From Trueperaceae bacterium (GTDB lineage: Bacteria; Deinococcota; Deinococci; Deinococcales; Trueperaceae): a stretch of 64,000 nt of DNA. The DNA lies in the NCBI GenBank assembly GCA_965215565.1, contig CBDCDZ010000004.1, positions 128,001-192,000 of the forward strand. Reading direction: 5' to 3'. This document shows positions 19,520-29,729 of the stretch, piece after piece. The notes beneath the pieces were generated by a model. That model did not search any database, was not told where the DNA came from, and saw nothing but the letters and a program-made list of their open reading frames with translations. Numbering within the stretch: the stretch's first letter is position 1; each line of letters opens with the position of its first letter. The position numbers and the translations under genes are program-made.

Positions 19520-21913
19520 ATGAGCAGCACAGTCGGTCATACGAGCATTCAAGATATCCGTCAAGAGAGGTTGGCGCAGCTTCACACCTATTGGCGGGCA
19601 GTCAACTACCTGGGCGCGGCGCAGCTTCACCTCAAGGCAAATGCGCTCCTGCGCGAACCGCTAACGAAGGAGCACGTTAAGACGCGTATTTTAGGACATT
19701 GGGGCACGCAGCCCGGTCTGAACCTCATCTACGCGCACCTGAACCGGCTCATTCAAGATACGGACGCGGACATGATGCTCGTGACCGGGCCGGGACACGG
19801 TGCACCTGCGATTTTGGCGAATCTCTATTTGGAGGGAACTTTAGGCGAGGTGGACGAGCGGTTCCGGGTGAACGCACAAGGGATGACGAACCTCTGCAAG
19901 CTCTTCTCCTGGCCCGAAGGTCTGCCCAGCCACCTGCGCCCCTTTACGCCGGGGCAGATTCAAGAGGGCGGTGAACTCGGCTACAGCCTGGCCCACGCTT
20001 ACGGCGCAGCCTTCGACAACCCTGAACTGATCGTGGCGTGCGTCGTCGGCGACGGCGAGGCGGAGACGGGGCCTCTTGCGGCGGCCTGGCACTCGAACAA
20101 GTTCTTGAACCCCGCACGTGACGGCGCGGTGCTGCCCGTGTTGCACTTGAACGGCTACAAAATCGGCGGTTTAACGCTTCTTGGGCGCATGAGCGACGAG
20201 GAGTTGCGCAAACTTTTTGAAGGACTTGGTTATCACGTGCATTTCGTTGTGGGAGATGAACCGAGGCGTGTGCACGAGGCGTTGTGGAAGACGTTGGACA
20301 GGTGCCATGAAGAGATTCACAGGATGCGAGAGGACGCCAGAACTAATTCGAACTTCACTAAGCCTACTTTGCCGTTGATCGTTTTGCGAACCCCCAAAGG
20401 CTGGACCGGGCCGGGGAGCTTAGAAGGAAAGCCCGTCGAGGGGACCTTCCGCGCTCACGGCACGCCGCTCTCAGACCCAAAGAACGACGACGAAGAGTTC
20501 GAGACGTTGGGGGCTTGGCTAAAGAGCTACGACCCCGCATCTCTCTTTGACGAGGCTGGCGAGCCAGATGAGGCGGTGCAGTCCCTCTTGCCCGAACCGA
20601 GCAAGAGGTTGGGCCGCAGCCCGCACGCGAACGGCGGCGAGCTTCTGGTCCCGTTGACGCTGCCGAACCTCTCCGACTACGCCGCAAACGTGGATGAGCC
20701 GGGCGGCGTCGAGGCGAGCGCCACGAAAACGGTGGGCGCGTACCTGCGCGACCTCTTTAAGCACAACAGTGAAGAGAAGAACTTCCGCCTGCTCTGCCCC
20801 GACGAGATCGATTCGAACAAACTCGACGCCGTCTTCGACGTGACCGAGCGCGTCTTCACCTGGCCCCTGGAGGAGACCGACGCGCACGTCTCTAAAGAGG
20901 GCCGCGTCATGGAAATCCTCTCGGAACACACCTGTGAGGGCTGGCTCGAGGGCTACCTCACCACCGGGCGGCACGGGCTCTTCGCCTGCTACGAGGCGTT
21001 TATCACCATCATCGACTCGGTGGCGAACCAGTACGCGAAATGGCTCAAGTCGGCTAGAGATACCCCTTGGCGCAAGCCCATCGCCTCCTTGAACTACCTC
21101 TTGACCTCGCACTCCTGGCGGCAGGACCACAACGGCTACAGTCACCAGGGACCGGGCTTCATCAACACCTTACTCACCAAAAAGAACGAGGTCGTGCGCA
21201 TCTACTTGCCACCCGACGCCAACAGCTTGCTCGCCGTCACCGAACGCTGCTTGAAGAGCCGCGACCAGATCAACTTGATCATCGCCTCGAAACAGACCAT
21301 GCCGCAGTGGTTGTCCTTTAGGGAGGCGCAAGCGCACTTAGAGCGGGGCGCGTCCGTGTGGGACTGGGCGGGTCATACTGGGACCGACGAAGCGCAAGGA
21401 GAAGGAAAACCCGATATCGTGCTCGCCTGTGCGGGCGACGTACCGACGATAGAAACAATCGCGACCGCCATGCTCTTACGCCGCGATCTGCCCGAGCTGA
21501 GCGTGCGTGTGGTGAACGTCGCGAACCTCTTAGCGTTAGACCCGGAGCACCCGGACGGCTTGGACGCGGACACCTTTGTAAACCTCTTCACAGACGACGT
21601 GGACGTGACGTTTGGCTTCCACGGCTATCCCAGAGTGATTCACGAACTCATCCACCGTCGTCCGAACCCCAGCCGCTTCCACGTGCACGGCTACATCGAG
21701 GAGGGCAGCACCACGACGCCCTTTGACATGCTCGTCTTTAACCGCATGAGCCGCTTTCAGTTGGCTCTGTCCGTTTTGCGCCATACTGAGCACCGAGACT
21801 TGGCGGAGCAGAAGGCGGCGCTTAGGGAGAAGTACGAGGCGAAGCTAGAAGAGCACCGCCGCTACATCACGGAGCACGGTGAGGACCTGCCGGAGGTCGA
21901 GGGGTGGCGGTAG
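19520..21913 (+). CDS. xfp: Phosphoketolase (XFP family)
   Basis: LGHWGT, GPGHG, EGGELGY, GDGEAETG TPP motif, LSEH, QDHNGYSHQ. Confidence 0.93.
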   Translation: MSSTVGHTSIQDIRQERLAQLHTYWRAVNYLGAAQLHLKANALLREPLTKEHVKTRILGHWGTQPGLNLIYAHLNRLIQDTDADMMLVTGPGHGAPAILANLYLEGTLGEVDERFRVNAQGMTNLCKLFSWPEGLPSHLRPFTPGQIQEGGELGYSLAHAYGAAFDNPELIVACVVGDGEAETGPLAAAWHSNKFLNPARDGAVLPVLHLNGYKIGGLTLLGRMSDEELRKLFEGLGYHVHFVVGDEPRRVHEALWKTLDRCHEEIHRMREDARTNSNFTKPTLPLIVLRTPKGWTGPGSLEGKPVEGTFRAHGTPLSDPKNDDEEFETLGAWLKSYDPASLFDEAGEPDEAVQSLLPEPSKRLGRSPHANGGELLVPLTLPNLSDYAANVDEPGGVEASATKTVGAYLRDLFKHNSEEKNFRLLCPDEIDSNKLDAVFDVTERVFTWPLEETDAHVSKEGRVMEILSEHTCEGWLEGYLTTGRHGLFACYEAFITIIDSVANQYAKWLKSARDTPWRKPIASLNYLLTSHSWRQDHNGYSHQGPGFINTLLTKKNEVVRIYLPPDANSLLAVTERCLKSRDQINLIIASKQTMPQWLSFREAQAHLERGASVWDWAGHTGTDEAQGEGKPDIVLACAGDVPTIETIATAMLLRRDLPELSVRVVNVANLLALDPEHPDGLDADTFVNLFTDDVDVTFGFHGYPRVIHELIHRRPNPSRFHVHGYIEEGSTTTPFDMLVFNRMSRFQLALSVLRHTEHRDLAEQKAALREKYEAKLEEHRRYITEHGEDLPEVEGWR

Positions 21914-22030
21914 GGTAAGCTCGCTTACTTGAGCCAAGTTGCAAGATTTCTATGCGGCAGAATGGGCATTTCGCGCTTTGAGCGTTAGGTCAACTAGGAT
22001 ACAACCTCGCTTTGCACTTCGCACATCCTA

Positions 22031-23008
22031 CTAGCCTGTTACAAAAAACGTTGGGAGCGGTGCCGTTTCACGAAGCTTCTGCGTCACCTCGAGCGTGACA
22101 GTAGGATGAATCTCCTCGAGCGCAAGCAGGGTTGCGCCGACGACGGGCTCTACGGAAGCGCGAACCACTTCGGCTTCAGGCAGTTCGCTACGCACCTGCG
22201 CGACCAAGGCGTCTTGTAGCAGGCTCGAGGCGTGGCGGAAGACGCCGCCCGTAAGCACGAGCGGAAAGGCGTCGGCGGCTCCCAAACCGACCTTACGCGC
22301 CGCGACGAGGGCGTAGCCGCCGAGCGCCGCGCCCTGCTGCGTCACAATGCCCTCGGCGACGGCGTCACGCGCCGCCTCATCCAAGAGTAGCGGGGCCAAG
22401 CTCGAGCGCTCCGGTTGCGCCTGGTTCCTAGTGGTAAAAACGTGCAGTAGGGCTTCGGTGTTCTCTAAGCCGAAATGCGAGAGCACCCTTTCCGTCAGAC
22501 GTGTCGGGGGCGCGAGACCGAGGTGCGACAAGTAGACAGCCCGGAGCGCACGCTCGCCCAGTTCAAAACCCCCGCCCGTGAGTTGCCAGAATGACGAGTG
22601 CCATGCCCCCCTCATCCCCCGCGCCCCCACCGCCGCGCCCGTACCGCAAGCTACCGCGACGCCGAAGTGCGGCGAGCCGCTCCGGAGCGCCCCGAGCGCG
22701 TCGTTGACTATCACAGGCGAGTGCCCGAAGCTCCAGGTACCGAGTTCGCGCCGCCAAAAGGCGAAATCTTCAGGCCAGTCCGCGCCGACCAAGCTGAAGC
22801 AGCTCGCGCTGACGTCCCGGACGCCCACCTCTGCCCTCGCCAGAGCCGCGTCCACCGCGCGGCGCACCTCCTGGACCGCGCGTATCTCCGAGCCGTAGAT
22901 GTCGCCCGCGCCGCCGCGCCCCCAGCCGAGGACTTCGCCATCTTCTGAAGCGACTAACGCGACGGTTTTCGTGTTTCCCGCGTCCACGCCCAAAACGGTG
23001 GTGCTCAT
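22031..23008 (-). CDS. BadF/BadG/BcrA/BcrD-type (N-acetylglucosamine kinase-like) sugar kinase
   Basis: LGVDAGNTKT, VNDALGALR, ACGTG, LTGGVF. Confidence 0.85.
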   Translation of the reverse strand: MSTTVLGVDAGNTKTVALVASEDGEVLGWGRGGAGDIYGSEIRAVQEVRRAVDAALARAEVGVRDVSASCFSLVGADWPEDFAFWRRELGTWSFGHSPVIVNDALGALRSGSPHFGVAVACGTGAAVGARGMRGAWHSSFWQLTGGGFELGERALRAVYLSHLGLAPPTRLTERVLSHFGLENTEALLHVFTTRNQAQPERSSLAPLLLDEAARDAVAEGIVTQQGAALGGYALVAARKVGLGAADAFPLVLTGGVFRHASSLLQDALVAQVRSELPEAEVVRASVEPVVGATLLALEEIHPTVTLEVTQKLRETAPLPTFFVTG

Positions 23009-23017
23009 ACGTTCGCG

Positions 23018-23764
23018 TCAGGTAGCCCGCGCAGGCCAGGCGGCGCGGTCCACGATGACGGTGACGTGTCTGTTCTGCAGATAGGACGCGGGCAGCTCGG
23101 GGGTCACCGGTCCTTGCAAGGCGCGCCGCAGCACCTCGCGCTTGTGCCCGCCCGAGACGAGGAGAAGCGTCCTTCTCGCGCCTAGCAGCGTAGACATGCC
23201 GCAGGTCAGAGCGCGGCGCGGGACCTCGCCCTCCCAGTAGGCCGCGTTGCTGCGCAGGCTCGCCTCGGACAGCGTGACTTGACGGGTCGGGGCGTCGGCG
23301 TCGGAGGGAGGCTCGTTGAACCCTAAGTGACCGTTCGGCCCGAGACCCAGCACGGCGAGGTCCACGCCGTCGCACTCTGTCACCTCGTGGTCGTAAGCGC
23401 GGCAGGCGGCCTCTGTGTCCTCGGCGTCGCCGCGCAGCCGTACGACCTGAGTGACGCCGAGCGGCTCCACGAAGACCTCCCTCATCCAGCCGTAGAGCGA
23501 GCGCGAATCGTCCTCGCTCACCCCGACGTACTCGTCGAGTTGGAGGGCGGTGAGGTGGCGCGTCTCCAGACCTGTCCCGCGCCGCCAGGCGAGCTTCTCG
23601 TACGTCCGCAGGGGCGTGTTGCCCGTCGCAACCAGAACGCTTAGCGTGGGCTTCTCGCGGATAGCGGCGGCGATGAGGTCTGCAGCCCGTTCGCTCATCG
23701 CTTCGAGGTCGTCCTCGACGAACAGGTTCACGTTCGGTGCGCTGGGCGCTTCCTCGGGTGTCAC
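23018..23764 (-). CDS. nagB: Glucosamine-6-phosphate deaminase
   Basis: ATGNTP, QLDEY, LGLGPNGHLGFNEP, LPASYLQ; true start GTG 23764 overlaps the GH4 stop. Confidence 0.88.
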   Translation of the reverse strand: MTPEEAPSAPNVNLFVEDDLEAMSERAADLIAAAIREKPTLSVLVATGNTPLRTYEKLAWRRGTGLETRHLTALQLDEYVGVSEDDSRSLYGWMREVFVEPLGVTQVVRLRGDAEDTEAACRAYDHEVTECDGVDLAVLGLGPNGHLGFNEPPSDADAPTRQVTLSEASLRSNAAYWEGEVPRRALTCGMSTLLGARRTLLLVSGGHKREVLRRALQGPVTPELPASYLQNRHVTVIVDRAAWPARAT

Positions 23765-25059
23765 GCTAAGTACCTCTCGGGGAGCCACGCACGTTGCGCG
23801 TGGGCCATCTCGTCGTAGAGCCGTTCGGCCAGCGGGAGCGACAGGACCAGCGGGTGGCTCGTAAGAGCCCGCACCGCTTCCCGACGTGCGCCTTCCCACG
23901 CCGCGTCCGCCGCGAGCCGCTGGTACTCGCCTAAAGAGGTGACGAGGCCCCGCACGTGCCTCGGCAGGCGGCCCGAGGCGAGCGGCGTCGCGCCGTGCTT
24001 GTTCACGACCGAGGGCACCTCCACCACCAGGTCGTCCGGGAAGTCGGGGAGCGCGCCCCGGTTGGGCACGTTCAGCGTCCAGACCTCCTCTCGCTCGTTG
24101 AAAATCGCATTCATCACGTCGAAAGCTAGCTCGAGTTCGAAGATGCCGCCCCTCGAGCGCGCCGGGTCGAGCTTGGGCGAAGGCGCGTGGCGTTGCTCGC
24201 GGTAGTGCTGCCAATAGCCCTCTGCCGCCGCCATGATGTCTTGCGCCCGCGTCCTCGGCTTCGCCTGCAGCTCGCGCAGCACCTCATCCTTGAAGTAGTA
24301 GTACTGGAAGTAGGCTGCGGGCACGCGCTCCATGACCGAGGCGAGGTGGAGCATCCGCTTGGCGTGAGGCTCCACGTTCGGGTCGTTTCGCTTGCGTTCG
24401 TAGGCATTTTGAACGAGCGGGATGAGGTCCTCGCCGTCGTAGCGGTGTCGCACGCTCCAGCAGGCGTGGTTGAGGCCCACCATGACGGTGTCGAGCTTGC
24501 CCGGCTCCAGGTCTGCCGCCACTGCTAGCTCCTGCGGGAAGACGATGGGGCCTTCGCACAGCGAGATGGTCTGGATGGGGCTGTGCCGCGTCACCGCGTC
24601 CGCGACGACGTTCACGGGGTTCGTGTAGTTGAGCAAGAGCGCGTCCGGGCAGACCTCTTCCATCTCCCTCACGAGGTCTTTAATGACCGCCAGCGCCCGC
24701 AGCGCCATGAAGAGCCCGCCCGGTCCCTGGGTCTCCTGCCCGATGACGCCGTGCTTTGGGGGGATGGATTCATCCAGATGCCGCGCCTCAAAGCCGCCGG
24801 GCCTGAAGGAGGAGAGCACCGCGTCGCAACCCTCCAGGGCCGCCCTGCGCTCAGTCGTGCAACTTATGGTGAGGTCGAGCCCTCGCGCCTCAGCCATGCG
24901 CCGCGCGAGCGCCGCAACTAGCTCTAAGCGCGCTTCGTCCAGATCGACGAGTACCACCTCGGAGCCTCGGAAGCGCTCTCCCTGTTTGGTAAAGGCTGCC
25001 AGCGTCCCCGGCGCGCGGGTGCTGCCCCCGCCGATGTAAGCCCATTTGATGCGTGCGAT
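23761..25059 (-). CDS. Glycoside hydrolase family 4 (6-phospho-beta-glucosidase-like); apparent ATC start codon
   Basis: YIGGGSTRAPG NAD-binding motif lies upstream of the ORF-track start; GQETQGPGG, NYTNP, LCEG, GLNH. Confidence 0.88.
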   Translation of the reverse strand: MARIKWAYIGGGSTRAPGTLAAFTKQGERFRGSEVVLVDLDEARLELVAALARRMAEARGLDLTISCTTERRAALEGCDAVLSSFRPGGFEARHLDESIPPKHGVIGQETQGPGGLFMALRALAVIKDLVREMEEVCPDALLLNYTNPVNVVADAVTRHSPIQTISLCEGPIVFPQELAVAADLEPGKLDTVMVGLNHACWSVRHRYDGEDLIPLVQNAYERKRNDPNVEPHAKRMLHLASVMERVPAAYFQYYYFKDEVLRELQAKPRTRAQDIMAAAEGYWQHYREQRHAPSPKLDPARSRGGIFELELAFDVMNAIFNEREEVWTLNVPNRGALPDFPDDLVVEVPSVVNKHGATPLASGRLPRHVRGLVTSLGEYQRLAADAAWEGARREAVRALTSHPLVLSLPLAERLYDEMAHAQRAWLPERYLA

Positions 25060-25424
25060 AGATGCCTCCCGGTGTGGCTAACATGTCCCTGCCACTACAA
25101 ACAGTTTGATTTTACCTCTTTGGGCTCGAGGGGAAGCGTCGGCAGCGGTGCAGGCTTTTATCACCAAGGTGAAAAAGCAGCAAGTCAGGCTATCAGCCAG
25201 TCAGCACCGTTCGTTCACTACGTGAGGACTTACGTACACCAGCTTGACTGGATTTCAGGACGAAGGCTTCGCTGACAGACTGAAATGCTGACAAGCTGAA
25301 CTGCTCTCGAGCTGTAAAGAGCAAGAAAAATCGTGTTTTAGAACGTGATGATAAAAGCTCGTCAGCGGTGTAGCGTTCGCGCCGACAGGTACTTCAGCGC
25401 AGTGAGGTATTGATACAGAACCCT

Positions 25425-26210
25425 CTAAGCGAGCACCTCGAGCCTGTCCCCCACGTGCAGCGTGCCCGGACCGCGCGGCGCGAGGTGGACGCCGAAGGTG
25501 ACGCCAGCAGGCGAGCGGCGCAAGCGGGCGAGAGTCGCTAAGGTCTCCTTGCCGTACGCGCCTGAGCGCTGGTCGACGTTGACCACCATGCAGCGCACGC
25601 AGGGCTCTAGCACGTCCAAGATCACACCGCCGAGTTTCACCACGCGCCAGCCATCCTCAGCGTAGGGTGTATCACCTTCCACCACCAGGTTAGGTCGGAA
25701 ACGCTCGGCTCCTACAGGTGTCTCCAGGTATCCGTTGAGGTGCGCCAGCGACGCCTCTGTGATGAGGTGCAGCGGGTTGCCGTCGGTCAGCGCGAGCGGG
25801 ACATCCGAGGCCGCGCCGGAGGGGAGCAGCTTCGGGCGCGCCGTCCCCTCGGGCATCCCGGCGAGCCGGTAGGGTGCGCTGAACCGCTCGGCCAGCCAGC
25901 CGCCGTCGTCAACTTGAACAGCGGGGCAGGGTTGACCGAACACCGTGGCGGAAACCTCCGGACCGTCAACCTCCAGGGGCAGCTCGAGCCGCTCTTCACC
26001 CATTCGTAGTTGCAACGTGTTACCCAACGCGACGTTCAGCCCTGCCAACCTCGGGCACTGCCGCTGTGTGACGACCTCGCCGCTCGGGTCAATGATCGCC
26101 CAGTTCCGGTCGAAGCGCAGACCGCGCGGCGTGAGGTCGGCGTCGCGCAAGGAGATACCAGACGCGGACTTAACCGGGTAGCAGTTGAGGCTCTGTAAGT
26201 AGTTGAACAT
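25425..26210 (-). CDS. MOSC domain protein (YcbX/mARC-like)
   Basis: YPVKS, FDRNWA, ERFRPNLVV, PCVRC. Confidence 0.88.
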   Translation of the reverse strand: MFNYLQSLNCYPVKSASGISLRDADLTPRGLRFDRNWAIIDPSGEVVTQRQCPRLAGLNVALGNTLQLRMGEERLELPLEVDGPEVSATVFGQPCPAVQVDDGGWLAERFSAPYRLAGMPEGTARPKLLPSGAASDVPLALTDGNPLHLITEASLAHLNGYLETPVGAERFRPNLVVEGDTPYAEDGWRVVKLGGVILDVLEPCVRCMVVNVDQRSGAYGKETLATLARLRRSPAGVTFGVHLAPRGPGTLHVGDRLEVLA

Positions 26211-26470
26211 GACGCTCCCTTGCCCCGAGAAAACCTTGTTGGCGGCGCACTTCTAGTCTGTGTTTCGACATTCAGTGTAGCACCGAGTACAATTCAAGTC
26301 TACTTTAGAGCGCTGAGGTACACCTCTACCCGCCGAATGTGATAGAATTCACCCGTAGACAACAGTTCAGAACGCACGGGGTAAGGGGGTCATCGGTTGG
26401 CACTATTTATAGGCATCGAACGTACAAGCGTCAGCTTAGTCGGGGGCTCGGCGGGTCGCGGTGATACCGG

Positions 26471-27550
26471 ATGAGCGCGATACGCCTCGAAGGGGTCTCT
26501 AAGCACTTCGGGCAAGAGGTGGCCCTAGAGCCGCTCGACTTGACCTTCCCCGAGGGCCAGTTCACCGTGCTCTTGGGACCGTCGGGTTGCGGCAAGACCA
26601 CCACGCTGCGCATCCTAGCGGGGCTCGAGACGCCCACCGAGGGCCGGGTCTTCTTCGGGGACCGGGACGTGACCTTCGAAGAGCCCAGAGCCCGCAATGT
26701 GGCGATGGCGTTTCAGGACTACGCCCTGTACCCACACATGAGCGTCCACCGCAACATCGCCCTCAACCTGCGCGTAGGCGGGCTGGGTAAAGCCGAGGCG
26801 GACGAGCGCGTGCGGGGCGTGGCGGAGCGCTTGGGCATCACCGAGCACCTGGACAAGCGTCCCGGTCAGCTCTCGGGCGGGCAGCAGCAGCGCGTGGCTT
26901 TGGGCCGCGCCATCGTGCGCGAGCCGCACCTCTTCCTGATGGACGAGCCTTTAAGCAACCTCGACGCCGTTTTGCGCGCGAGCATGAGAGCCGAACTCAA
27001 GAAGCTCCAGGCGACCTTAGGCGTCACCGCCGTCTACGTCACCCACGACCAGGCCGAGGCGATGGTTATGGCGGACCAGATCGTGGTGATGCAGCGGGGC
27101 CGCGTGGTGCAGCGCGGCACGCCCCGCGAAGTCTACGACCACCCCGCGACGCTCTTCGTCGCTCGCTTCGTCGGCAATCCGCCCATGAACCTCTTGAGCG
27201 GCGAGCTGCTCGGCTACGGCGCGGATGAGATGGTGGGCGTCCGCCCGGAGTACGTGAAGCTCGTCCCCGAGGGTGCGCCGGACATAGCGGGGAGGGCGCT
27301 CGAGGGCCGCGTCTCCTTCGTCGAGGACGCGGGCGGCTTGGGCTTCGCCGAACTGACCCTGCCGAACGAACAGGTCGTCACCGTCCAACTCGACCCGCGC
27401 GAGCTGCCCCGGATGGGCGAGACGCGCGCCTTGGAACTGCCCGAACCCCACCGCGTCCGCTTCGACCGCGAGACGGGGCGCGCCCTGTCTGACCCCGCTG
27501 ATTCAAGCGCAAAGAAATCCCACGTCCAAGCTCACCCTCTGGAGGTTTAA
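26471..27550 (+). CDS. Sugar ABC transporter ATP-binding protein (MalK/MsmK-like)
   Basis: GPSGCGKT, LSGGQQQR, MDEPLSNLD, VTHDQ. Confidence 0.93.
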   Translation: MSAIRLEGVSKHFGQEVALEPLDLTFPEGQFTVLLGPSGCGKTTTLRILAGLETPTEGRVFFGDRDVTFEEPRARNVAMAFQDYALYPHMSVHRNIALNLRVGGLGKAEADERVRGVAERLGITEHLDKRPGQLSGGQQQRVALGRAIVREPHLFLMDEPLSNLDAVLRASMRAELKKLQATLGVTAVYVTHDQAEAMVMADQIVVMQRGRVVQRGTPREVYDHPATLFVARFVGNPPMNLLSGELLGYGADEMVGVRPEYVKLVPEGAPDIAGRALEGRVSFVEDAGGLGFAELTLPNEQVVTVQLDPRELPRMGETRALELPEPHRVRFDRETGRALSDPADSSAKKSHVQAHPLEV

Positions 27551-27551
27551 T

Positions 27552-28838
27552 ATGGCACGTCTTCTCTTCGCCCTTTTCGCGCTCTTCGCCCTGCTCCTCA
27601 ACCCGGCCTTTGCCCAAACCACCCTCACTTGGTGGACCACCTGGAGCGCCGAGGCGGACACCCAAGCCTGGGGCGACGCCCTCGTCGAAGCGTTCGAGGC
27701 GGAGCACCCGGACATCACTGTCGAGCGCGTGGATTACGCCGGGGACGACCTCAAAGTCGCCATCCAAGCGGCGCTCGCGGCGGGTGCACCGCCCGACGTG
27801 TGGCACTCCTGGGGTGGCGGTGTTTTAGGCTCGTTCGTGCAAGAAGGGGTCGTCTACGACATGAGCGAGCTGTTAGGCGAACTCCAGTCGGACGGGCTCG
27901 TCGGCGACGGCGTGCTCTCGGCGGCGACGTTTGACGACACGCCCTACTGCTTGCCCTACGAGGTCTTCGCCGCGCCCATGTTCGTCAACGTCGATCTGTT
28001 CGAGCAGGTTGGCTTAGAGGTCCCCGACCCTACACAGGGCGAGACCTGGACCTGGGAGGAATTCATGAGCGCCGTGCAGACCTTTGAAGAGGCGGGCGTC
28101 CAGCCCCTCACTGTAGGTGGGCAGGGCAACTGGCAGCTCTCCTTTTACTACATGTACCTCGTCGACCGCTTCGGCGGCTCGGACGCTTTCGCGGAGGCGC
28201 TCAGTCGCGAGGGCTCCTTTACCGCCCCCGCCTTTGTGCAAGCAGGCGAGTACGCGCAAGACCTCGTCGAGATGGACGCCTTCCAGCGCGGCTTCCTGGG
28301 CGCGGACTACGACGTGGGGCAGCGCCCCTTCTTCACGGGCGAGGCGGCGATGTACGTGATGGGTTCCTGGATGGTCGGCGGGCTGCGCGAGTTCGCGCCC
28401 GACTTCAACCTGGCGTTCATCAACTTCCCCACCCTCCCGGACGGTGAGGGCGACCCCGGCATGATGGTCGGCGCGACGCAGACCTACTACTGCGTCTCCG
28501 AAGCGTCGCAGCAGAAGGAGGCGGCTTTGGATTTAGTGCGCTTTTTAGCCCGCCCCGAGAACGTGCGCGGCTACGTCGAGGCGACGGGGCGTCTGGCCGC
28601 CCTGAACGTCGAAGTTCCCGAAGGCACATATGACCCTGTGGTGGTGGACCTGCTCGAGCGCATCAGCAGCGCGCCCTACTTGCAGATCGCTTACGACCAG
28701 GGCGCGCCGCCACAACTCGCCACCGAGCACATCGAACTGATGGGGCAACTCTTCGCCGAGCGCATGACGCCCGAAGAGGTCGCCACGCGCCACGAGACCG
28801 TCGCCGAGCAGTTGGAGTCCTCGGGTGAACTGCCCTAG
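27552..28838 (+). CDS. Sugar ABC transporter substrate-binding protein
   Basis: Signal peptide ending AFA-Q; PPDV, GEAAMYVMGSW; operon context. Confidence 0.9.
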   Translation: MARLLFALFALFALLLNPAFAQTTLTWWTTWSAEADTQAWGDALVEAFEAEHPDITVERVDYAGDDLKVAIQAALAAGAPPDVWHSWGGGVLGSFVQEGVVYDMSELLGELQSDGLVGDGVLSAATFDDTPYCLPYEVFAAPMFVNVDLFEQVGLEVPDPTQGETWTWEEFMSAVQTFEEAGVQPLTVGGQGNWQLSFYYMYLVDRFGGSDAFAEALSREGSFTAPAFVQAGEYAQDLVEMDAFQRGFLGADYDVGQRPFFTGEAAMYVMGSWMVGGLREFAPDFNLAFINFPTLPDGEGDPGMMVGATQTYYCVSEASQQKEAALDLVRFLARPENVRGYVEATGRLAALNVEVPEGTYDPVVVDLLERISSAPYLQIAYDQGAPPQLATEHIELMGQLFAERMTPEEVATRHETVAEQLESSGELP

Positions 28839-28856
28839 ACCTGGCGGGCGGCGCGG

Positions 28857-29729
28857 ATGACGCGCCGCCCTAATATGTGGGCGTACGGATTGTTGCTGCC
28901 CGCCTTGGCGGTGTTCGTGCTGTTCTACATCTGGCCCAACCTGGAGATTTTCTACCTGTCGTTCTTCAACTGGTCGGGCATCTCGCCGCAAAAGACCTTT
29001 ATCGGGCTCACCAACTACCGGGCGCTTTTAGACGATGACCTCTTCATGTTCTCGCTGCGCAACACGGCGCTCATCGCGGCTGTGTCGGTGTTCGTGCAGA
29101 TTCCTATCGCCATTGGGCTAGCGCTGGCGCTCGAGCGCCCCACCCGCACCAATAGGGCGCTCTCGGCTGTCATCTTCTTGCCTATTGTCATCTCACTCGC
29201 AGCCACCGCGCTCATCTGGACTTGGCTCTTAGACCCGTCGTTCGGCGCGGTCAACTGGGCGCTGGAAGCCGTAGGTTTGGACGCTTGGGCTAGGGCTTGG
29301 CTCGCCGAGCCGCAGACCGCCTTTCCAACGATTCTCTTCGTCACCAACTGGGTCTACATCGGGCTCTACATGGTGCTCTTCATCGCGGGGCTCAAAGCTA
29401 TTCCGCGCAACCTCTACGACGCGGCGAAAGTGGACGGGCTCTCGAGGGTGCAGACCGCGCTGCAGGTCTCCGTGCCCCTCTTGCGCGAGGTCATCGTGGT
29501 CGCCCTGATCCTCGCCATCACGGGCTCGTTCAAGGCGTTCGACCTCATCTGGATCATGACGGGCGGCGGTCCCGCGAGCGCCACGGAAGTAGCGCCGACC
29601 GTGATCTACAAAACGGCGTTCCGACGCCTGCAGTCGGGCTACGCCGCCTCGCAAGCGGTCGTTGTGTTCTTAGTCGCGCTCTCGCTCGTTTTAGTGCAGC
29701 TCCGTGTGACGCGGGCGAGGGAGGCGTAG
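28857..29729 (+). CDS. Carbohydrate ABC transporter permease
   Basis: TM helices; LYDAAKVDG EAA loop; FDLIWIMTGGGP. Confidence 0.92.
   Translation: MTRRPNMWAYGLLLPALAVFVLFYIWPNLEIFYLSFFNWSGISPQKTFIGLTNYRALLDDDLFMFSLRNTALIAAVSVFVQIPIAIGLALALERPTRTNRALSAVIFLPIVISLAATALIWTWLLDPSFGAVNWALEAVGLDAWARAWLAEPQTAFPTILFVTNWVYIGLYMVLFIAGLKAIPRNLYDAAKVDGLSRVQTALQVSVPLLREVIVVALILAITGSFKAFDLIWIMTGGGPASATEVAPTVIYKTAFRRLQSGYAASQAVVVFLVALSLVLVQLRVTRAREA

Noticed and set aside
23765..24214. Long N-terminal extension of NagB in the ORF track
   Set aside because: It overlaps the GH4 gene in another frame; a GTGA-coupled start at 23764 explains the gene
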